The position numbers and the translations under genes are program-made. From the IMG/VR virus record IMGVR_UViG_3300045988_095842: a stretch of DNA of 64,000 nt; one strand, given 5' to 3'. The notes beneath the pieces are model-generated. The model was not told the origin of the DNA. It saw only the letters and a program-made list of their open reading frames with translations, and did not search any database. The first letter of the stretch is position 1; the number at the start of each line of letters is the position of its first letter. The stretch is from a virus. Shown in pieces: positions 58,052 to 64,000 of this stretch.

Positions 58052-58231
58052 TTATTTCTTATGCGCTTGTCTCTCCCGGAACTTTGCTTTGATCTTCTCC
58101 TTATGAAGCTGATAGTAATTGTCACTTCGTCCAAAGCTTCTTTTCTGATCCTGAATTCGGTCATATTCTTCAACCGGCAGAGGACAATCAAAGCAGGATA
58201 CCCGGCATCTAAAACAAGGATTATCGCTCAT
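58052..58231 (-). CDS. small zinc-ribbon-like protein (59 aa, hand-called)
   Basis: MSDNPCFRCRVSCFDCPLPVEEYDRIQDQKRSFGRSDNYYQLHKEKIKAKFRERQAHKK; RBS GGAGGA. Confidence 0.45.
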   Translation of the reverse strand: MSDNPCFRCRVSCFDCPLPVEEYDRIQDQKRSFGRSDNYYQLHKEKIKAKFRERQAHKK

Positions 58232-58246
58232 TTGTGTTCCTCCAGA

Positions 58247-58555
58247 TCAAAAAATATACCTCCATTCCTCCACATCATAAGGACCGATCATATAACCTTC
58301 CTTCGTAACCACAAAGTATCCAGGCCCAGCTACTTTAGAATCAACCCAATGCAGGATCGCAAAATAACAGCACTCTCCTGCAACTTTTGCAATAACAGGA
58401 TTTGCATCTGGGTGAATGTCGGCACGGATCCAGCCGTTTTTCTCCTGTTCCAGGGCTTTTATGCCTTTCTGGATTGCCTCGTACAGCCGTTTATTTGTGA
58501 TTGAAAATATTCTTCCTTCCTCTTTAAGGACAGAAATTGCTTCTTTCGTAGTCAT
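58247..58555 (-). CDS. hypothetical protein
   Basis: 102-aa ORF in operon packing. Confidence 0.55.
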   Translation of the reverse strand: MTTKEAISVLKEEGRIFSITNKRLYEAIQKGIKALEQEKNGWIRADIHPDANPVIAKVAGECCYFAILHWVDSKVAGPGYFVVTKEGYMIGPYDVEEWRYIF

Positions 58556-58562
58556 ACACGCC

Positions 58563-58652
58563 TCACTTTGTAGCTTCGTGAATCAAAAAGCAGAAAATCA
58601 CTGTCGCGCAAATAAGGCCAACAATCGTCACTACAGTATCTCCAGTGCTCAT
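58563..58652 (-). CDS. 29-aa hydrophobic peptide (hand-called)
   Basis: MSTGDTVVTIVGLICATVIFCFLIHEATK; RBS GGGAGGTG; coupled to flanking genes. Confidence 0.35.
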   Translation of the reverse strand: MSTGDTVVTIVGLICATVIFCFLIHEATK

Positions 58653-58655
58653 GAC

Positions 58656-59039
58656 TCACCTCCCAAAAAATACATTTCTCACATCAATAACTGTCATCTT
58701 CTTATATCCCTTTATATCGGCCGGCTTCTTGCAGCATAAAAAGGTTCTGCAAATCAGTGGTCTGGCAGGGTAGATCGTACACTTCTTGTCTTTCTTCGAG
58801 TAATCCAAAAACGGGCATGTGGCATCCAACCAGGAGTCTTCAGCAAGAACGTTGTCAACGTGTTTGCATTCGTGGATATCATTATCTGCCATATACTTTC
58901 TGATTCTGCCAATCTCTGCATCCGTCATCGGCAAGAAGTTTGAACAGCAGTTTCCACAGCCGGAACAATGACCATTTTTCGTAAAGTCATAATTTCCATG
59001 CTTTGCATCATCCATTATGTTCTGAAGCGTACTGATCAT
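58656..59039 (-). CDS. YkgJ-family Cys-cluster (zinc/iron-binding) protein
   Basis: CSGCGNCCSNFLP ... CPFL ... CTIY..RP..C motif series. Confidence 0.6.
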   Translation of the reverse strand: MISTLQNIMDDAKHGNYDFTKNGHCSGCGNCCSNFLPMTDAEIGRIRKYMADNDIHECKHVDNVLAEDSWLDATCPFLDYSKKDKKCTIYPARPLICRTFLCCKKPADIKGYKKMTVIDVRNVFFGR

Positions 59040-59401
59040 CTTTTTACTTCCTCAATGCAAGACTGGATTAGCCGATTGCGATCATCAATGTACTCGTTCG
59101 CAAAAATTTTTCGGCAATTATTTCCGAACGCCTCGATCATAAACGGGAGATTGTCATTTACAGCATCAAATACAAGTCCATGTTCCTTACACCATTCAAC
59201 TGCTTCTTCGACCTGTTTATCGCTCCGCGATGTCCAGAGAATCAACTTGTCTCCACCAGCCCGCTTTCTCTTCAAATAATTGATCAGGGCCACATTTGGT
59301 GCACCGATTCCAGGCCATGCATTTTCACACAGTGTTCCATCAAAATCTACTGCGATAATGTACGGATTCTTCTTCCTTTTCTCTTCAATCATTGTTCCCA
59401 T
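59036..59401 (-). CDS. HAD-superfamily phosphatase-like protein
   Basis: IIAVDFDGTL motif I; LILWTSR motif II-like. Confidence 0.55.
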   Translation of the reverse strand: MGTMIEEKRKKNPYIIAVDFDGTLCENAWPGIGAPNVALINYLKRKRAGGDKLILWTSRSDKQVEEAVEWCKEHGLVFDAVNDNLPFMIEAFGNNCRKIFANEYIDDRNRLIQSCIEEVKR

Positions 59402-59574
59402 TATTCCTTCTTTCTCCAGTTGCTACAGGCTTTCTCTCCAATGGGCTTCCATGTGGAATAATATTCGCACTCCACATGATTTACCGGACCGTAACTCGGC
59501 TGCATTGAACAGCGAAACCTCTTGGAATAATCACCATAGAAGCAATTCCCGCATACTTTTTCCGAATCACTCAT
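59401..59574 (-). CDS. small Cys-rich protein (57 aa, hand-called)
   Basis: MSDSEKVCGNCFYGDYSKRFRCSMQPSYGPVNHVECEYYSTWKPIGEKACSNWRKKE; TAATG coupling downstream. Confidence 0.45.
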   Translation of the reverse strand: MSDSEKVCGNCFYGDYSKRFRCSMQPSYGPVNHVECEYYSTWKPIGEKACSNWRKKE

Positions 59575-59935
59575 GACTTTCTTTATTCTCTTTCTTTACT
59601 CTCAAAATTGCCTCGTACATCATGGCCTTATAAACAACAAGCCCATAGACAATAGCAACGATTCCCTCCATTTCTTCCGGTCCATATTGGAGCCATTCAC
59701 GCAATAGATCGTCTAACCCCTCGTCTGGAATCCCTTCTACTTCACTTTCTAAGCCACACGTTTTACACAACCTTCTTACGAGGTCATAAGCTGACATATC
59801 GCTGTCATAATCGCGATATCTAGCCCAATTGTCTTTTACGTAGCAATTATTCGTAAGCAACTCATTCATATTCATTTCTTTTACATCTTTTTCAGTAAAA
59901 AGATCTTCAAAATATGTGTTCTTTTTCTCGCTCAT
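59567..59935 (-). CDS. hypothetical protein
   Basis: 122-aa ORF. Confidence 0.55.
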   Translation of the reverse strand: MSEKKNTYFEDLFTEKDVKEMNMNELLTNNCYVKDNWARYRDYDSDMSAYDLVRRLCKTCGLESEVEGIPDEGLDDLLREWLQYGPEEMEGIVAIVYGLVVYKAMMYEAILRVKKENKESHE

Positions 59936-59956
59936 AGCTTTCTCTCTTCATTTTCA

Positions 59957-60415
59957 TCAGTTGAACGGCAGCTCTTCGTCAATGCCATCAGGAATATTCA
60001 TAAACCCATCTAATGCTGCGCTTGTCCCTGAACTCTGCGGTGTAGCCTGCGGTGTGGGTGTACTGTAGTTCTGGGCCGTGTCATTCGCCGCCCTGCTCTC
60101 ACAGAACTCCTGCTCTTCCACCACTACGTCTGTCGTATAAACCTTGGTGCCATCCTGTTTGGTGTAGCTTCCAGTCTGGATCCGGCCGGCCACGCAGATC
60201 TTCATACCCTTATGCAAGTACTTCTCCACAAACTCTCCTGCCTTACCAAATGCAACACAGGAAATAAAATCTGCCGTCTGCTGGTCACTGTCGCTGCGTC
60301 CGCGTCTTCTGTCCACCGCGAGTGTATATCTTGCGATTGCCATAGGCTGACCGCCCTGCGAATAGCGCACATCGGGATCTCGTGTCAGCCTGCCCATCAG
60401 AGTTACTTTATTCAT
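59957..60415 (-). CDS. ssb: Single-stranded DNA-binding protein
   Basis: MNKVTLMGRLTRDPDVRYSQGG..ARYTLAVDRR OB-fold start and acidic tail DGIDEELPF; start ATG 60415. Confidence 0.9.
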   Translation of the reverse strand: MNKVTLMGRLTRDPDVRYSQGGQPMAIARYTLAVDRRRGRSDSDQQTADFISCVAFGKAGEFVEKYLHKGMKICVAGRIQTGSYTKQDGTKVYTTDVVVEEQEFCESRAANDTAQNYSTPTPQATPQSSGTSAALDGFMNIPDGIDEELPFN

Positions 60416-60776
60416 TCCCACTTCCCTCGCTTTCATATTCTTTCGGCCACATTTCCTTAAATGGAGCCCCCGGTTTTTCCATCCAAAATACTGTTTCTCT
60501 GTACTTATTCCTGGCCCATTTACTGCGCTCTCCTGGAGAAGCTTTCCCTCCGCGATAATGGTCGAGGCCAACCTCCATTTTGCTACGGTCAACAGCGCTC
60601 CAGAGTGCCGGATGATACGCCACCAGATATTCTCCGGCTTCCGGTGGTGCCTCTCTCATGTAATTGTGCCAATAAGCGCTTTCTTTCATTCTTCTCAGAT
60701 CTTCAGCAAGCATTACAGCCGCTCGCTTCTCGATCTTTTCTGTCAGCTCGTTAATATTAAGAAGCACTTTTCTCAT
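60408..60776 (-). CDS. hypothetical protein
   Basis: 122-aa ORF overlapping ssb start. Confidence 0.55.
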   Translation of the reverse strand: MRKVLLNINELTEKIEKRAAVMLAEDLRRMKESAYWHNYMREAPPEAGEYLVAYHPALWSAVDRSKMEVGLDHYRGGKASPGERSKWARNKYRETVFWMEKPGAPFKEMWPKEYESEGSGNE

Positions 60777-61130
60777 TTAATTTTCCTCAGAATCTGTGAT
60801 ATCTTCAAAATATCTGACCTTATATCCGTCAAGAAGGCTTATGCTGCGTCCATCTATGATCACAACGTTGTTCCCATCTTCATCCTGGATTTCGATCCGG
60901 CATACCCCGGGGAAACAAATCTCTTCTTTCATTCTTTCACTTTCCTCCATAAGTAACGTATCGAACCCTTCAGTTGCATAGATGCGTATTCCGTCCCGTT
61001 CCAACTTGCAGCCGCCGCACATCTTTGTTACTTCAAATACATCACCGGTTCTTAGTGTTATAGACCCTTGAACGCCAAGATAACTCTCACGAATTCCCAG
61101 TTCTACGTTTTCTTTCATCCGCATTTTCAT
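60777..61130 (-). CDS. hypothetical protein
   Basis: 117-aa ORF. Confidence 0.55.
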   Translation of the reverse strand: MKMRMKENVELGIRESYLGVQGSITLRTGDVFEVTKMCGGCKLERDGIRIYATEGFDTLLMEESERMKEEICFPGVCRIEIQDEDGNNVVIIDGRSISLLDGYKVRYFEDITDSEEN

Positions 61131-61840
61131 TTTGCCTTTTCCTCCTCATCAAAATCTGGGTACTTATACCCCTCTCCCATCAGCGCACCAAATCCCATCT
61201 TGATGTCTGATATACAGCTATCAAGATGCTCCATCTTAAGCCGCATCAGCCTTATGTCTGTATCGAAATGTGTTAGCCTCGACATTGCAATAAAGGCTCC
61301 GGTATGGAGGTCAAAAGTATCATTCTTGCTGCATACCGCGCTTGCTGTTTCTCCAGTCTCCAGATCCCTTGCTGTGACGGTATCTCCGTTCTGATAGATC
61401 ACAATACGGGGAGGCGTCTTCTTTGATTTAGCCTTTTTAATTTCACTTTCTAAAAATACCCAATAGGGACTGTCATCATCAAAGTGCACCCCGTAGACAT
61501 TCATTCCATTTTTTCTATCGTACTTACACCTCACGATTCCCGTTACGCCCTTTTTCTCGCATTTTTTTATAACCTTTACGATGTCACCAACCTTAATTTC
61601 GTCTTTCTCCATCTTTTCTTTCTCCTCTGGTGCTGTTTTATCTGGCTCAGCTTCGGATTTAAGCCAATCTCTATAGTAGGCTGAACAGCCGGCGTCTGAG
61701 TTCGGCTTGTGCAAATCGCATTTGTAGCAGTCTAAGCCAATGCACGACACCGGTTTTCCGTTGTATATAGCTGGATGATGCGTGTTATCCTTTTTCGCTA
61801 TCTTTTCGGCTTCATCTTTATACAGTTCTTCGTTTGTCAT
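61127..61840 (-). CDS. hypothetical protein
   Basis: 237-aa ORF, N-terminal Cys motifs. Confidence 0.55.
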   Translation of the reverse strand: MTNEELYKDEAEKIAKKDNTHHPAIYNGKPVSCIGLDCYKCDLHKPNSDAGCSAYYRDWLKSEAEPDKTAPEEKEKMEKDEIKVGDIVKVIKKCEKKGVTGIVRCKYDRKNGMNVYGVHFDDDSPYWVFLESEIKKAKSKKTPPRIVIYQNGDTVTARDLETGETASAVCSKNDTFDLHTGAFIAMSRLTHFDTDIRLMRLKMEHLDSCISDIKMGFGALMGEGYKYPDFDEEEKAK

Positions 61841-61855
61841 CAGTTCCCCTTTCCC

Positions 61856-62512
61856 TTATAAACATCCGCCGCAGCAGCCCTGTGGGACCTCACTGTTGAC
61901 AAGCTCTTCGATTTCTTGCCGATAAGGTTCAAGATCTTCCGGCAGATCCACAGACCACGGTCCGGATGTGACAAATTCGTTCCAGTTTCCATCGAAACCG
62001 GCACTGCCACCAGAGCAAAGCGCATGTGCAAGCTCCCGCTTCTTTCCGTCCACCTCCAGAACCAGTGTGCCGCTGCAAAGATTCGGATACCTTCCATCAT
62101 AAGAAACAAACTTGACCATTCTGACTGGCCCTTTCCATCCAGAAGAAAAGGAATAAACGTTCATCTTTCGTCGGTTCTTGTTTTTCTCCAAAACAGTTAT
62201 GAATCCGTTATCCTCAAGTTCATGGAACCATTTAACGGCGTTACTGCGATCTATGCCGTACTCTTTTAGGTGGGATGCAGGGAAAACAAAATCTCTTCCT
62301 TCCGTGTACATTGTCCCTGTTTCTTGTCCGTGCATATACAGGCAGCATTTGCCTTCGTCTGAATTGGCCTCTGCCCTGCAGCATAGATATAGCTGCTTTG
62401 CCCCAATGCTAAGGTTTTGGTATCTCTTCGATTTCAGCATAGATACATACATCATTCCGAACTTGTCATTTTTTCCGCTGCTTGCATACTCGTCAATCGC
62501 CTTCCGCTTCAT
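61856..62512 (-). CDS. hypothetical protein with winged-helix-like N-terminal half (start ATG 62512)
   Basis: LSIGAKQLYLCCRAEAN..; WFHELEDNGFITVLEKNK; C-terminal CCGGCL. Confidence 0.5.
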   Translation of the reverse strand: MKRKAIDEYASSGKNDKFGMMYVSMLKSKRYQNLSIGAKQLYLCCRAEANSDEGKCCLYMHGQETGTMYTEGRDFVFPASHLKEYGIDRSNAVKWFHELEDNGFITVLEKNKNRRKMNVYSFSSGWKGPVRMVKFVSYDGRYPNLCSGTLVLEVDGKKRELAHALCSGGSAGFDGNWNEFVTSGPWSVDLPEDLEPYRQEIEELVNSEVPQGCCGGCL

Positions 62513-62786
62513 TTCGCCTCCCCAATTCTTCAAATGCCCTATAAGCGATTTCTATACCACGCGTGACATTCCTTATCAGATCCTCGATTGGAAGCTTTAT
62601 TTCTTTGGCGATTTGAACTTCCTGGTATACAGAAAGGGCAAGCAGTTCCTTGGGTGTACCTCCTGTAAGAATCGAACGTCTTTTTGTGGCCGCAATGTAC
62701 GGAATGCTATTTTCATTTGCGATCTCCATTGCTTCAAGCATCAGACGATCAACTTTTTCTTCTGGTTTTTCTTCAGTTCTATTCAT
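62493..62786 (-). CDS. hypothetical protein (paralogue of 4291..4563)
   Basis: See 4291..4563. Confidence 0.6.
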   Translation of the reverse strand: MNRTEEKPEEKVDRLMLEAMEIANENSIPYIAATKRRSILTGGTPKELLALSVYQEVQIAKEIKLPIEDLIRNVTRGIEIAYRAFEELGRRNEAEGD

Positions 62787-62822
62787 CTTCCACCTCCAGT
62801 TTAATGCTGCTCGAATAACTCA

Positions 62823-63500
62823 TTAATTCTCCCCTCTGACAATTGCACCAAGAGCCTCACACCTTTCTTTCCACGCTTTCTTGAACTCCTCTGTTTCCTC
62901 CAGCTTCTTCGATGCTATGAATCCCGTGCGACAGTACGGATGTCCTTCTTTTGTCTCCCCTGCATCTTTGTAAGAGACGATCCACCCTTCCTCCAAGAGC
63001 TTATTAATCGCCCAGTCCATTTTCTTTCTTGTGAGGAGGCAGTCTCTTTTCACATCTCCTTTCGTTACCAAACACAAGCACCCATAGGAGTAATAAACTC
63101 TACGAAAAATAAAATAAGCCCTTACTTCTCTGAGGAGCTGGTCTCCTTCATTTGGGTTGTAGATGTATGCCCCTGTTTGCTGTTCTAAAAGATGAAGACC
63201 GCCGACCGTAAGGTGATACTCATTTTCCTTTTTCCATGCAAAACCTTTTTCTACAAGTGCTTCCCACATCGGTTCATCTACTGGTTCTGCCTCGTAGAAA
63301 TTTCTGTGCGGTTGGTGGAAGTACATCACAGCTCCCACGCATGTCCCTTTATAGTCCAGTCCGATGCAGTGTTTCATCTCTGAAAACAGCACGTCCGGAA
63401 GTTTTCCTTTTACCGGAATTTCTGTTGGAATTCCGGAATAAACTTTATACTTTATATCGTCAATCACATCCATCCACTGCTCTTTGGTAAGTCCCATCAC
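62823..63500 (-). CDS. hypothetical protein
   Basis: 225-aa ORF. Confidence 0.55.
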   Translation of the reverse strand: MMGLTKEQWMDVIDDIKYKVYSGIPTEIPVKGKLPDVLFSEMKHCIGLDYKGTCVGAVMYFHQPHRNFYEAEPVDEPMWEALVEKGFAWKKENEYHLTVGGLHLLEQQTGAYIYNPNEGDQLLREVRAYFIFRRVYYSYGCLCLVTKGDVKRDCLLTRKKMDWAINKLLEEGWIVSYKDAGETKEGHPYCRTGFIASKKLEETEEFKKAWKERCEALGAIVRGEN

Positions 63501-63751
63501 TTTTCCTCTTCTGATTTATCTGATTTCTGCTTGTCAAAGATTTCTCCAGCAACTATCGCTCCAACAACCGCAAGAAGATGCGTCGTCTCTTCCGGATTTG
63601 GCCCAACGATTGCCATTGCACTGGAAAAGGCATCCAGGAATTCAAGCTTTGAGATTGTTACATAATTTTCTTTCGCTTCTTTGAGATTCTTTTCGTACCA
63701 TTTTTCGTACGTAGAAGAATTTTTACTAAACAGTTTTTCGATGATTTTCAT
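63497..63751 (-). CDS. hypothetical protein (family shared with 1041..1307)
   Basis: See 1041..1307. Confidence 0.6.
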   Translation of the reverse strand: MKIIEKLFSKNSSTYEKWYEKNLKEAKENYVTISKLEFLDAFSSAMAIVGPNPEETTHLLAVVGAIVAGEIFDKQKSDKSEEEK

Positions 63752-63762
63752 GCTTATCTCCT

Positions 63763-63966
63763 TTATTCGTGATAATACGGATTCCGTATCATATTTTTTG
63801 ATTTTTCAATCACATCCGGTGCAGCGAACTCGGTCATTGCTAACATTCTTTTCACACCACATTCCCCGGCAATATTATTTTCTACGCCACACTCCGTATG
63901 CTCCCAAAACCTATCAACGGTAATAAAGTAGTCTGCATCTGCTATCAACTTTATGGAGTCACCCAT
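63763..63966 (-). CDS. hypothetical protein; frame stays open to the window edge so the true start may lie beyond 64000
   Basis: 67-aa ORF from first ATG; upstream in-frame codons have no stop up to 64000. Confidence 0.45.
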   Translation of the reverse strand: MGDSIKLIADADYFITVDRFWEHTECGVENNIAGECGVKRMLAMTEFAAPDVIEKSKNMIRNPYYHE

Positions 63967-64000
63967 ACTGCGGATGCGATCCGCATCGCTTTCAAAAGTC

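Larger units (their letters stand above)
1..64000. mobile_element. Phage-derived DNA across the whole window: temperate myovirus-type phage plus flanking early-type phage gene blocks; integration state unresolved
   Basis: Lysogeny, replication, packaging, head, sheath/tube/baseplate, fibre and lysis modules in one minus-strand series; integrase beside attP-like site; no housekeeping genes. Confidence 0.85.

Overview
The whole 64-kb window is phage-derived and gene-dense, with about 95% of genes on the minus strand. I saw no rRNA, complete tRNA, cas gene, transposase or housekeeping gene.

Core element: a temperate contractile-tailed (myovirus-type) phage.
- 54.1-57.4 kb: lysogeny switch with four HTH proteins, a tyrosine integrase, and an attP-like site built on a 3' fragment of tRNA-Ala(CGC) flanked by arm-type octamer repeats.
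- 47.5-54.1 kb: early genes. These are RecT, a Cas4-like exonuclease, a replisome organiser with internal 11-bp-phased iterons, G39P-like and RecU-like proteins, a DUF1351-like protein, a sigma-region-4-like late regulator and dUTPase.
- 43.4-47.2 kb: a terminator-containing leader, then ParB-Dcm-ParB, TerS, and a TerL that is interrupted inside its Walker A motif.
- 36-43 kb: portal with a BECR/DUF4258-like C-terminal domain, followed by an effector-rich block (NUDIX, RelA/SpoT-like synthetase, HD alarmone-hydrolase-like protein, MuF, a polyvalent-type protein and an acidic immunity-like ORF).
- 12-36 kb: scaffold/decoration/MCP, connectors, sheath/tube, chaperones with a canonical -1 frameshift site, TMP, baseplate, two fibre modules, a DUF4041-T5orf172 moron, three small paralogous cassettes with poly-G tracts, and the lysis cassette.
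- 7.6-11.8 kb, downstream of the lysis cassette in transcription order: an RHH regulator plus an acidic protein, an orphan promoter-driven 3-repeat mini-CRISPR array with type I-E-like repeats, an XRE regulator, and a 6-gene operon that includes a BclA-C/C1q-like protein.

Flanks: 1-7.4 kb and 57.5-64 kb carry small early-type phage genes (SSB, DUF551-like, J-domain, DUF3846-like, HTH, YkgJ-like, HAD-like). Some families are shared between the two flanks.

Limits: all domain calls come from by-eye motif recognition, and no database search or folding computation was possible. Start codons were refined where an upstream-gene overlap and an RBS supported it. The ORF track evidently allows GTG/TTG starts.
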